Assembly: GCA_046761065.1 (NCBI GenBank)
Contig: JBHIFL010000064.1
Coordinates: 1-22,224 of the forward strand
DNA length: 22,224 nt
Direction of reading: 5' to 3'
Origin: Candidatus Heimdallarchaeota archaeon
GTDB taxonomy: Archaea; Asgardarchaeota; Wukongarchaeia; Wukongarchaeales; JBHIFL01
Numbering within the stretch: the first letter of the stretch is position 1; every line of letters starts with the position of its first letter. Of the stretch, positions 7,802 to 17,023 are shown piece after piece. The position numbers and the translations under genes are program-made. The notes under the pieces were generated by a model that did no database searches, was not told the DNA's origin, and saw nothing but the letters and a program-made list of their open reading frames with translations.

Positions 7802-8284
7802 ATGGTTCCAATAAAAATTCCTCGCATGGAAAAAAATGAATACGATCAATTAATTGCAGATGAATATATCAGTCGAATTGCCTTTAAAGGTGAAAACATC
7901 CCTATATCGCACCTTTCTTCTATTTTTTTGATGAAAAGTTCATGTATTTTCTAGTGACAAAATAAGGAAATAAGATGCGACATTTCCAACAAAATCCCAA
8001 TGTATCAGCAGAAGTAGAAAAATACAGCAAGAATTTCTCAAATTATTGCTTTGTAACGTTACTTGGGCGCCTTCTGGAAGTTCAAACACCAACAGGAAGA
8101 AAACAATACGTGAAAAGTTTGTTCATCTGATTAATGAGAAGAACCTTTCGAAAAACATCTTAAAAGCTTTGATTTCTCCCCTGAAGATCCTATCGAAGCT
8201 ATTGTCCGGGACGAGAGAACCCTAATTTGGAAACTTGTAGATGTCAAAGATATAATCGGCTTTGGCTTTAAGGACGATAATTAA
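7802..8284 (+). pseudogene. Disrupted pyridoxamine 5'-phosphate oxidase-like (split-barrel flavin-binding) gene
   Basis: Hand-joined translation: MVPIKIPRMEKNEYDQLIADEYISRIAFKGE/HPYIAPFFYFFDEKFMYFLVTK*GNKMRHFQQNPNVSAEVEKYSKNFSNYCFVTLLGRLLEV/KTIREKFVHLINEKNLSKNILKAL/FSPEDPIEAIVRDERTLIWKLVDVKDIIGFGFKDDN*. Three single-base frameshifts (about 7895, 8090, 8171) and an in-frame TAA at 7963-7965. Confidence 0.8.
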
Positions 8285-8355
8285 AAGTTAAATGAAAATC
8301 TTTGAAAAAAGACTTATTGAATTCTAAACTGATTCAATAAGCATTCATTGAACAT

Positions 8356-9138
8356 TTACGCAAAGAGGGGGAGTGTTATCATCATTATAATTATTCCTGC
8401 AATTACCCCAATTGATGCGATTCGACGACTGTCATCATACTTATGCGCCACTGGGATAAGCTCATGTAATGACAGAAAGATCATAATTCCCGCAACTAAA
8501 GATAAACCAATACCAAGAACAGTGTCATTCAAAAATTGAAACAAAATAACACCTGCTACCAAAGCGCCTAACGGCTCCGCCAATCCGGAAAGAAAACTCA
8601 ACATAAACGCTTTCTTTCGATCTTTTGTTGCATAAAATATTGGAAACGATACTGACATGCCTTCTGGGATGTTATGGAGTGCAATAGCAAGCATAAGTAA
8701 CAATCCAATCTTTAAATCAACTATGGTTCCAAGAAATGTTATTATCCCTTCTGGAAAATTGTGTATTGACACCCCAAGGGCCGTTAATTTGCCTGTCCGT
8801 ATCAATTCAGGGTCAAAGTCAGATCGGGCCAGCTCATTTTCCACATGTGGAACAAAAAGATCAAGGCCAGCCATTATGAACATCCCACTAAAAAAAGCTG
8901 TATATGTGGCAAGCAGGTCAGCTAATTCAAGTGCTTCAGGTAACATTTCAAGAAAGGAAATCGATAACATGACTCCAGCAGAAAAACCGAGGCCAAGACT
9001 TAACATTCGAGCCGAAGGACGTTTAACAAGGCAAGCTAAAATTGCTCCAATCGTAGTGGAGCACCCCGCAATGCTACTCAGTAACAGGGCAAACAGAAAC
9101 TGATTTGGCATTTCGAGTTCTCTCATAAATATTATCAT
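8356..9138 (-). CDS. zupT: ZIP-family zinc/divalent metal transporter ZupT
   Basis: LGFSAGVML, IHNFPEG, LHNIPEG, SGLAEPLGA, AGIMIFLSLHELIP. The true start is probably a few codons downstream (MRELEMPNQ). Confidence 0.92.
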   Translation of the reverse strand: MIIFMRELEMPNQFLFALLLSSIAGCSTTIGAILACLVKRPSARMLSLGLGFSAGVMLSISFLEMLPEALELADLLATYTAFFSGMFIMAGLDLFVPHVENELARSDFDPELIRTGKLTALGVSIHNFPEGIITFLGTIVDLKIGLLLMLAIALHNIPEGMSVSFPIFYATKDRKKAFMLSFLSGLAEPLGALVAGVILFQFLNDTVLGIGLSLVAGIMIFLSLHELIPVAHKYDDSRRIASIGVIAGIIIMMITLPLFA

Positions 9139-9174
9139 ATCATGTGATATATCTCATATCATAGTTAAGTGATA
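9133..9174. promoter_or_regulatory. Putative operator of TATCA...TGATA inverted repeats upstream of zupT
   Basis: TATCAT-N5-GTGATA (9133-9149), ATATCA-TG-TGATAT (9137-9150), TATCAT-N6-GTGATA (9157-9174). Confidence 0.4.
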
Positions 9175-9332
9175 AATATATTTTGCAATGAGCATGATTT
9201 CATATAACTTAATGGGGAGATTGGATTTCAGCAAAAATCCATCAACGTAAGGATAAAATAAAACTCAGGCATACTCTTAAAAGATTACATCTATTACATA
9301 ATAAAAAAAGATCATAAAATTATGGAAGTCAT

Positions 9333-10100
9333 TTAAATTAAAAGACTTGCTCCGTTAAAATCAATTGTAGCTCCATTGATATAATTTGATGCTTGAGAGA
9401 CCAAAAAAAGAACGAGATCGGCTTCTTCTTCTGGTGTCCCAAAACGACCCATGGGAATGGCTTTTCGTTCAGCTTCTAACTCATCCGGTGAAGTTGATTC
9501 CCAGATCATTTCAGTTTCAATAAGACCAGGGCAGATTGCATTGACATTGATGTTAAACGGTGCTAATTCTCGTGCCAAATGTCTTGACAATCCGAGAACC
9601 GCGGCCTTCGATGCTGTATAATGGGCACCCCCCAACTCACTAGTTGATCGTCCCGCTGAGGAAGAGATATTAACAATCTTGCCACTTTGTTGCTGTTTCA
9701 TGATCTTCAAGACTGTTTTTGAACAGTTAAAGACTCCTTTGACATTGACACACATTACCAAGTCCCATTCTTCAGGACTAATCTCTTCAATAGATGCACG
9801 ACGGCGTAGAATTCCCGCATTATTGACCAGAATATCTATCCTTCCATATGTTTTAAAAACAGTCTCCATCATCTTAGTAACCTGTGTGTGGTCTGCCACA
9901 TCCGCAGGCATAGCTACAGCTTTTCCATTCTGGTGAGTGATTTCGGTTGCAACGCGTTCAGCTCTCTTCGAATCAATATCATTAACAATTACTAGAGCTC
10001 CATGAGACGCCAGTAATTTGGATGTTGCTTCACCCATCCCACGACCTGCACCAGTGACAATGGCAACTTTACCTGTCAAATCATATTTTGGATCGAACAA
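9333..10100 (-). CDS. Classical SDR oxidoreductase (FabG/3-oxoacyl reductase-like)
   Basis: TGAGRGMG, ILVNNAG, NISSSAG, YTASK, NVNAICPG. Start moved to TTG 10100, six nt after AGGAGGT; the ORF track start of 10199 is probably too long. Confidence 0.92.
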   Translation of the reverse strand: MFDPKYDLTGKVAIVTGAGRGMGEATSKLLASHGALVIVNDIDSKRAERVATEITHQNGKAVAMPADVADHTQVTKMMETVFKTYGRIDILVNNAGILRRRASIEEISPEEWDLVMCVNVKGVFNCSKTVLKIMKQQQSGKIVNISSSAGRSTSELGGAHYTASKAAVLGLSRHLARELAPFNINVNAICPGLIETEMIWESTSPDELEAERKAIPMGRFGTPEEEADLVLFLVSQASNYINGATIDFNGASLLI

Positions 10101-10359
10101 TATTATACCTCCTGTCAGCATTCCTTCATCAAATGCTGAAATTAGGATGGAATTTTTTATGAAGAAAAAGATTTTCCCCATAGTAATAGATTTGTGCAAA
10201 CTGTCTTGTAAGATTCCTTAATGAGTAATCTGACAAAGCGAACTGAAAGATTCAATTGGAACGCTCAAAAGACATTTAGGTATTTGTGCTCTTGGGCACT
10301 TAATGTGACAAAGCGATATCGTAAATGATCTTAGGGCAGAACGAGTTCTTACGGACGGT

Positions 10360-11787
10360 ATGATTGTGAAGATCCTCCTTTCAACTCCTCCAACCCAACA
10401 AGGGGCTGGATACAAGAATGACCCCTTTTTACAATTCTATGCACCCCCCTTGGGCTTGGCTTATATTGCTGCGGTCTTAGAAGAAGCAGGATATCGGCCA
10501 AAGATACTAGATGCACAATCACTTGGCCTTTCATTAAAGGAATTCGTAGACCGAGTACAACGCTTACGACCCGATATTTTAGGCGTCCAAACGTTTACAC
10601 CATCTTTTGGCGAAACATTAGACGTCGCCGTTCAATCAAAAGCAATAGGCATTCCGTGGGTAGTTCTAGGAGGCGCCCATCCCACCTTAGCCCCAGACGA
10701 AACATTAACGCTAGGTCGGGGGCACATTGACTTGGTAATTCGTGGTGAAGCAGAATATACCTTTTTAGAGCTTGTCAGACGTCTTGAGCTGGGAAAAAGT
10801 CTAACAGACCTACGTGGGATTAGTTACCAGGAAAATGGGCAAATTATGCATAATCCCGACGCTCGGCTTATTGACAATCTTGACTCACTACCCTTCCCAG
10901 CCCGTCATTTACTACCCATGGACGTGTACCGAATATTTAGCACCCGTCTAGCTGCTACCACCGCGATAAGTTCGCGAGGTTGCCCATATAATTGTTCTTT
11001 TTGTACCGTCTCCCATTTCTATGGTAGGCATTGGCGAATGCGGAGTGCAACAAACATTGCGGACGAACTCGAACTGTTATCGGATTACGGAACGATAGCT
11101 ATCGCATTTGTTGATGACCTATTTGGCCTCAACCCCCGACGTGTAAGGGAACTCTGCCGAGAAATCCGTCGACGCCGGCTTGATGAAGCACTCATCTGGG
11201 GTGCAACAGTCCGAGCTGATATAAAATCTTCACTTCTGAAATCGATGGCCGATGCGCACTGTAAGATGGTCTTCGTTGGCGTTGAGAGTGCCAAGCAGAA
11301 GACATTAGATAATGTAAAAAAAGGAATCACTCTTACAAAGGTCAAAGATTTTTTTAAACACGTTAAACGGAACCATATTGGAACCATCGGCTCTTTTGCT
11401 CTTGGATTTCCTGGCGAAACAAAACAAGATATTTTAGCGACCATTGAGTGGGCTATCACTTTGAATCCGAACCTTGCGGTTTTTACATTAGCAACACCTT
11501 ATCCTGGGACAGCTTTTTGGGAGGAATGCATTAAAAAAGGGTGGGTTAAAGAAGAAGAGTATCACATGTACAATTTGTTTAATCCTGTAATTGAAACAAT
11601 CCAGCTGACGTTAGAAGACTTAAAAGTTTTACTGCGATACGCGTATAAACGATTTTATTTGCGCTTCAAAAAACTTGCAGAAGAATATTTACGGGAACTG
11701 AGCTTGTCATGGAATTATGGGTTCAAAACTTACTTGAGAAATGCAAAGATCGCCTTTAATGGCTTAAAGTATTTCCAGAGGTTATGA
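10360..11787 (+). CDS. Cobalamin-binding domain radical SAM enzyme (class B methyltransferase/BchE-like architecture)
   Basis: N-terminal B12 domain (PPLGLAYIAAVL, VVLGGAHPT, VIRGEAE); SRGCPYNCSFC (CxxxCxxC); FVDDLF, FVGVES, GFPGET, TPYPGT. Confidence 0.92.
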   Translation: MIVKILLSTPPTQQGAGYKNDPFLQFYAPPLGLAYIAAVLEEAGYRPKILDAQSLGLSLKEFVDRVQRLRPDILGVQTFTPSFGETLDVAVQSKAIGIPWVVLGGAHPTLAPDETLTLGRGHIDLVIRGEAEYTFLELVRRLELGKSLTDLRGISYQENGQIMHNPDARLIDNLDSLPFPARHLLPMDVYRIFSTRLAATTAISSRGCPYNCSFCTVSHFYGRHWRMRSATNIADELELLSDYGTIAIAFVDDLFGLNPRRVRELCREIRRRRLDEALIWGATVRADIKSSLLKSMADAHCKMVFVGVESAKQKTLDNVKKGITLTKVKDFFKHVKRNHIGTIGSFALGFPGETKQDILATIEWAITLNPNLAVFTLATPYPGTAFWEECIKKGWVKEEEYHMYNLFNPVIETIQLTLEDLKVLLRYAYKRFYLRFKKLAEEYLRELSLSWNYGFKTYLRNAKIAFNGLKYFQRL

Positions 11788-11840
11788 ATGTTCAAAAAAT
11801 GAAAACGAATTAGTTGCCGATCAAATTATGGGGGTATCAA

Positions 11841-13001
11841 ATGGAAAAAAGAAAGCAGACGGGCTTCTTTTTTCAAGTAGAGAGAGAAAAGATCGTTGAT
11901 GTACACCCATACCTTGATTATGCTTTTTATCGATCCATCGAAGAACTTGTGGAAACACAAACACTGGAAGAAAGTCTTAACCTCGTTTGTAAAGCTTGCA
12001 GAACAAGTCCATTCTCTCAACAACTTTGTTTTGTTCAGGGTATCGAAACATTGGCAAGGATCGAGGTGCCGCTAAGAGCAAAATTCATCCGAACAATCGT
12101 TAGCGAACTAGAAAGGATCTCCGAACACCTTTTCTGGCTTGGGGTAATTGGGTACGAAGTGGGTTTGAGTTCCTTACAGTCCCACATATCGAACGATCAA
12201 CAATTGATTCTGAAGCTTGTTAAAACTCTTTTCGATCTCCAAGAAGGGTGGTGTAAGATCAATGTTATCGGAGGTGCTCAACATGACATTATAGATACCC
12301 CAATAATTGTTGATAAAATCTCAAAGAGACTTGATATGATAGAAGATCAATTGTCTTCGTATGAAGATCTCATATTGGAGGAAAAAAATATCGGGGTGAG
12401 ATTTAAAGAGGTTAGTGTCCTAGATACGAAAATGGCGAAATCTTTGGGCGCCGTTGGTCCGTTGGCTCGCGCTTCCGGGCTGCAAATGGATGTCCGGAAG
12501 AATGACACATATGCTGCCTTTGAAACTATTGATTTCGAGCTTGTAAGTTTTAATTATGGTGATGTATTAGCTAGAATACTCGTAATCCTTCAAGAGGCTT
12601 ATGAATCGATCCACATTGTGCGAACCGCTCTGAGAAATCTCCCCAAAGGAGAAATTCGTACACCCCACCCCGAATGGATGGGTCCCGGTGAACAACTAAG
12701 TCGAACGGAAGCTTCACAGGGAGAACTCCTTAATTACCTCCGAATAACTTCGAACAAGCTTGAGCGGTTGAAAGTCAGACCCCCAGCACTAGCCAATCTC
12801 GCTTCCTTACTGGAAATTTTAAAGAATAGCTATATAGCTGACATTCCTGTTGTAATCGCTTCAGTGGACCCTTCCTTTTTTTATACAGATCTGATAATCT
12901 TAAAGGAATCTACAGGCAATAAATATGGTTATAGCCGAGAAGAACTCAGAAACTACGGAATTTGCTGGTACAAAAGCAAGAAGCAGTTGGGATCTATTTA
13001 G
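11841..13001 (+). CDS. Group 4 [NiFe]-hydrogenase large subunit / Complex I 49-kDa fold homolog lacking the NiFe ligands (putative pseudoenzyme)
   Basis: Fold motifs kept (ELERISEHL, GPLARASG, DVRK, GDVLAR, LERLKVRPP, IADIPVVIASVDP). L1 reads CKACRTS instead of ERxCGxC, L2 reads DPSFFY instead of DPCxxC, and EASQGE replaces EAPRG. ATG 11841 follows GGGGT; alternative start TTG 11814. Confidence 0.85.
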   Translation: MEKRKQTGFFFQVEREKIVDVHPYLDYAFYRSIEELVETQTLEESLNLVCKACRTSPFSQQLCFVQGIETLARIEVPLRAKFIRTIVSELERISEHLFWLGVIGYEVGLSSLQSHISNDQQLILKLVKTLFDLQEGWCKINVIGGAQHDIIDTPIIVDKISKRLDMIEDQLSSYEDLILEEKNIGVRFKEVSVLDTKMAKSLGAVGPLARASGLQMDVRKNDTYAAFETIDFELVSFNYGDVLARILVILQEAYESIHIVRTALRNLPKGEIRTPHPEWMGPGEQLSRTEASQGELLNYLRITSNKLERLKVRPPALANLASLLEILKNSYIADIPVVIASVDPSFFYTDLIILKESTGNKYGYSREELRNYGICWYKSKKQLGSI

Positions 13002-13148
13002 TTTCAAAAACTCATAGATCATGTCTAAAAATCACATTAGGTAAATATCAAAAATTCAATTCATTCAATAAGTACCTCTCAAATGCCACGACTCAAATGA
13101 GGAGAATAATCAAGCACACTAGACAAACAATAACATTCGATCAACCAC

Positions 13149-14078
13149 TTGCAACATTATTTCGAATTGGAGTGGATACAGCCCTTGAGAAATACAACGC
13201 CTCAAGATCGTCTTATTGATGAGCCCCCAGAAGATATTGAAATGGAGTTCTCAGAACATTTTGTGGAACTAGCTCAACGTTTGAAGAACATTTTGATAGT
13301 ACTCGGTTTGTCATCCCTGATCTTAGGGCTGCTCCCAGAACCATGGACAAGGGGTTTGTTTACGGAATATTCCCCTCCCATGGCTGTGACTATGACCAAA
13401 TGGCTACAAGCCTATCATCTCCCTCCTGACATCCGCCTCTACACAACAGGGTTTACACAAGTGATTAGTGCCTATATACTCGTCGCATTAGGGATGGGAC
13501 TCATCGTAAGCTGGCCAATAATAATAAGGGAAGTGTACCTATTTATTAGACCCGCTTTATATAAACATGAGGTCGAAATGATCCGAACATATGTCGGCCT
13601 ATTTCTGATTCTCTTCTGGGGAGGATGTGCCCTTTCTTTCTTCATTATCATGCCTTTGACTTTCGTTATTTTAGTTGGAATCATCCAAGCAAGTGAGATT
13701 CAACCCATTTTTACAATCGACTCGTTCATTGGATTTCTCTTCTTTGGTGTTGTGGGGATAGGTCTTGCCTTTACGTTTCCGATCTTTTCAACCATGTTAG
13801 TCTACACAGGAGTGTATGACTCCCGAGATCTGAAAGCTCGCTGGCGGGAGGCTATTACAGGTCTTTTCATCATAACCGCGTTCCTGACACCCGATCCGAC
13901 ACCGTTTACTACAACAATCATATTTATTCCAATGGCCGGGCTCTATTATTTAGCAATTCGTATGGCCGAACACGCAGAAGGGGGCCCAGAAGCATTAAAA
14001 TCAAGAGAATCTCTCATCAAGGCCGCATTACTTGTGGCAACAGATCAACTGAGCCAAACCGAAGAACAAAAGAGCTAA
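13149..14078 (+). CDS. tatC: Twin-arginine translocase subunit TatC
   Basis: EMEFSEHFVELAQRL (HxxELxxRL), FIRPALYKHE, FLTPDPTPFT, about six hydrophobic segments. Likely start is TTG 13185 after GGAGTGG. Confidence 0.9.
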   Translation: MQHYFELEWIQPLRNTTPQDRLIDEPPEDIEMEFSEHFVELAQRLKNILIVLGLSSLILGLLPEPWTRGLFTEYSPPMAVTMTKWLQAYHLPPDIRLYTTGFTQVISAYILVALGMGLIVSWPIIIREVYLFIRPALYKHEVEMIRTYVGLFLILFWGGCALSFFIIMPLTFVILVGIIQASEIQPIFTIDSFIGFLFFGVVGIGLAFTFPIFSTMLVYTGVYDSRDLKARWREAITGLFIITAFLTPDPTPFTTTIIFIPMAGLYYLAIRMAEHAEGGPEALKSRESLIKAALLVATDQLSQTEEQKS

Positions 14079-14209
14079 AATTAATATAAATGCTGTGTGA
14101 AGTGTTTGCCTCGAACGTGAGGTTTTCCAATAGTAATAGATTAAAATAAGTAATGACCCAAAAAGGGGGAGCAATTGGCTCTACCTCAGAAAGCTAGAGT
14201 GGTTATTTA

Positions 14210-14875
14210 ATGACCTATTCAACAATCCTACTTGCTGGAGGTGAGGGAATCCGTTTCAGGGGACAGAATCAAGAATATAAAGCGTTCATCAAATTTCAAG
14301 GAATACCCTTCGTACTCAACGTTCTCAAGCAGATTCCCCGCTCTGCTTATGATGATATTATTATAGTATCTATCAAAAGACATGCAACGCGATTTTTGGA
14401 ACTCCTTGAGCAAACTCAATTCTCCCCAAAGCCGAAGCTTGTGTTCGATGAAATCCCATTTCAAGGTCCTATGATAGGAATCATAAATGGTATGCAAGTC
14501 GCTCAACATGATGGGTGTCTTGTAGTCCCTTGTGATATACCTTTATTAAAGGTAGAAGTTCTCCAAAAATTAATTCAACAGTTCGAACAAATCCATAACA
14601 CATCTGCTATCATACCCCGATGGCCAAACGGCTATATCGAACCCCTCACCGCAATTTATCGAAAAAGTCTTTTTCTTGAACCTTGCCGGCGCCATTTCGA
14701 ACAAGGAGAAAGAAGACTAAGTCAAGTTCTAGCTACAATCTCCGGTGTCCGATATGTGGATATTGAACAATATCGAAAGATCGATCCCAGACTTGTATCC
14801 TTCTATAATGTCAATACTGAAGCTGATTATCTGAAGCTTAAGGCACTCTATGAAACTAAAATTGCCCACGAGTGA
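14210..14875 (+). CDS. mobA: Molybdenum cofactor guanylyltransferase
   Basis: LLAGGEGIRF, KAFI, QGPMIGI, VPCDIP, EPLTAIY, FYNVNT. Confidence 0.88.
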   Translation: MTYSTILLAGGEGIRFRGQNQEYKAFIKFQGIPFVLNVLKQIPRSAYDDIIIVSIKRHATRFLELLEQTQFSPKPKLVFDEIPFQGPMIGIINGMQVAQHDGCLVVPCDIPLLKVEVLQKLIQQFEQIHNTSAIIPRWPNGYIEPLTAIYRKSLFLEPCRRHFEQGERRLSQVLATISGVRYVDIEQYRKIDPRLVSFYNVNTEADYLKLKALYETKIAHE

Positions 14876-15072
14876 TTATGAAGTAGAAGTATGGAGTCTC
14901 ATGTTTTTCGTCCTTGTTACAACACTCCCTAGTATAAGATAAAAATAATGCTCCTATTCTGGTTGCACTTGTTGATACAGGGTTGCCTTAGAGTAAATCT
15001 TGAATTTTGTTGAAAAGCACCCTCTATATTAGTGAAATCCTTAGCATCAAAAAATCAATTGGAGTTACTGAT

Positions 15073-16287
15073 ATGAGTAAAATGAGACCCCTGCGAGCTT
15101 TAATCTCTCTCCAAGAAGCGAAAGAGATGATTTTGAAGGCTGTGGAACCGATCCAACGAACTGAAATTGTACCGATCGATGCCCTCCTTGGTAGGGTGGC
15201 AGCGGAGAACCTCCATGCCACGATTGATGTCCCATCGTTTGACAAAGCCGCGATGGATGGTTACGCCGTGATTGCCGAAGATACTTTTGGAGCAGGAACC
15301 CATAACCCGATTACGCTTAAACCCATTGATGTGATCCATGCAGGAGAGGTGGCAGGGAAGACGATCCAAAACGGTCAGTGTGCGCAAATTGCTACAGGGG
15401 CAATGATTCCAAACGGTGCAGACGCCGTTATCATGGTGGAAGACACCGAAACGACTGGTGATCTGGTCCAGATTTTCAAACCCATTTACCCTGGAGGAAA
15501 TATCTTCCCCAAGGGCTCCGATGTGAAAGCCGGAGATCTAATCATAAAGAAAGGAGACCTATTGACTGCTCGAAAAGCCGGTATCATTGCAGCTGTAGGC
15601 ATAGATCGCGCAACTGTCTATGCGCAGCCAAAAATTGCCGTGATTCCTACGGGTTATGAGATCGCCGAACTTGGAGCGGATTTGCAACCAGGTCAAGTCT
15701 ACGACATCAACTCCTATACCATGGCCAACCTTATCCGAGAAAATGGGGGAATTCCTATCAGATATCCTGTAATCGGAGATTCTATGGACGATTTGAGGAA
15801 GGTAGTAGCCAAGGCGCAACATTATGATGCGATCGTATTGTCCGGCGGCAGTTCAGTAGGGGAAAAAGACATCCTTATCGACGTAATCGAGGAGGCCGGA
15901 GAAATCTACTTCCATGGGGTTCAAATAAAACCTGGAAAACCCACTTTATTTGGACAAATAAACGGGAAATTGATCTTTGGGATGCCCGGGTATCCAACTT
16001 CATGTATGATTAATGCGTATGTCTTTATAGTCCCAGCAATCCGAAAAATGGCCCGTTTACCCCAACAACCCCCTATGGTGGTTAAGGCAAAAATGGCCAA
16101 GAGAGTCGTCTCGTCACTAGGGCGACATCAATTTTATACTGTAAAAATCGAAGAAGGAATCGCTTATCCAGCCTTCAAGGAATCTGGTACAATTACAAGT
16201 ATGAGCCATGCAGATGGCTATATAGAAATTCCCTACAACGTCGAGTTTGTAGAGAAAGGCGAAGAAGTAGAGGTTATTCTCTTCTAG
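15073..16287 (+). CDS. moeA: Molybdopterin molybdenumtransferase (Mo/W insertase)
   Basis: FDKAAMDGYAV, IATGAMIPNGADAVIMVE, YDINSY, SGGSSVG, IKPGKP, GMPGYPTS; ATG 15073 after GGAG (15061). Confidence 0.95.
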   Translation: MSKMRPLRALISLQEAKEMILKAVEPIQRTEIVPIDALLGRVAAENLHATIDVPSFDKAAMDGYAVIAEDTFGAGTHNPITLKPIDVIHAGEVAGKTIQNGQCAQIATGAMIPNGADAVIMVEDTETTGDLVQIFKPIYPGGNIFPKGSDVKAGDLIIKKGDLLTARKAGIIAAVGIDRATVYAQPKIAVIPTGYEIAELGADLQPGQVYDINSYTMANLIRENGGIPIRYPVIGDSMDDLRKVVAKAQHYDAIVLSGGSSVGEKDILIDVIEEAGEIYFHGVQIKPGKPTLFGQINGKLIFGMPGYPTSCMINAYVFIVPAIRKMARLPQQPPMVVKAKMAKRVVSSLGRHQFYTVKIEEGIAYPAFKESGTITSMSHADGYIEIPYNVEFVEKGEEVEVILF

Positions 16288-16402
16288 ATCCTTCTTTGGT
16301 TTTGATTCAACCCCGGGGGCTTTTGTGGGATTTGATGTGTATATCTCTTTATTTTAAAGATATCTTCAAAATTTTATTTATTCTACAGATCTCAACATTT
16401 AG

Positions 16403-16873
16403 ATGACTAGGATTGAAAATATCGAAGGGGCAAACATGATTCTAGGCATATATGGCCACACAGCAGAGGGTAAGACTACCCTGATTGAGCAGATAATTAC
16501 AAAGTTGATCAGGAGAGGTTACACGGTTTCGACAATCAAACACACCCGAGGAGCGATCTCACTTGATTCACCGGGAAAAGATACTTTCCGCCACAGAAAG
16601 GCTGGAGCAAAAATCACCTGTTTGATCTCCGCTTCTGAAACCACCCTTATTTTTAGTACTCCACTTAGCCTTAGTGAAACAACAAGACTGATCAAAACTG
16701 TAGGGGGGACAGATGTGATCCTAGTTGAGGGGGGGAAAGACGAGAAGATTCCCAAAGTGGCCATTGGAGAAATCGAAGAACAGGAAGGGACAATCTTTAG
16801 ATACAAGGATAATCTGAATGAGATCCTTGAATTTATTGAAGAATCGATCACAACCGAGAAAGTAACCAAGTAG
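16403..16873 (+). CDS. mobB: Molybdopterin-guanine dinucleotide biosynthesis protein B
   Basis: P-loop GHTAEGKTT, IKH, DSPGKDTFRHRKAGA, DVILVEGGK; alternative start ATG near 16436. Confidence 0.88.
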   Translation: MTRIENIEGANMILGIYGHTAEGKTTLIEQIITKLIRRGYTVSTIKHTRGAISLDSPGKDTFRHRKAGAKITCLISASETTLIFSTPLSLSETTRLIKTVGGTDVILVEGGKDEKIPKVAIGEIEEQEGTIFRYKDNLNEILEFIEESITTEKVTK

Positions 16874-17023
16874 GATTAAGTGGAAGATCAGTTAATATGA
16901 CCGAAGAGACGCTTAATAAAGAGAAGTGAATTTAAAAAGATACACTTAAAGTCTATTTGTACTGATTACTTATCACATTCATGCCTGAAGACTCAAGAAG
17001 TCATCTATAAGGCGATGGTCAGT

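Noticed and set aside
11841-13001. Annotation as Complex I NuoD or as an active hydrogenase
   Set aside because: It lacks the NuoD RxDY and terminal GExDR motifs and three of the four NiFe Cys ligands; no other nuo or ech genes are nearby.
12962-13219. 85-aa ORF bridging the hydrogenase-like gene and tatC
   Set aside because: It overlaps both neighbours out of frame and has no motif or SD.
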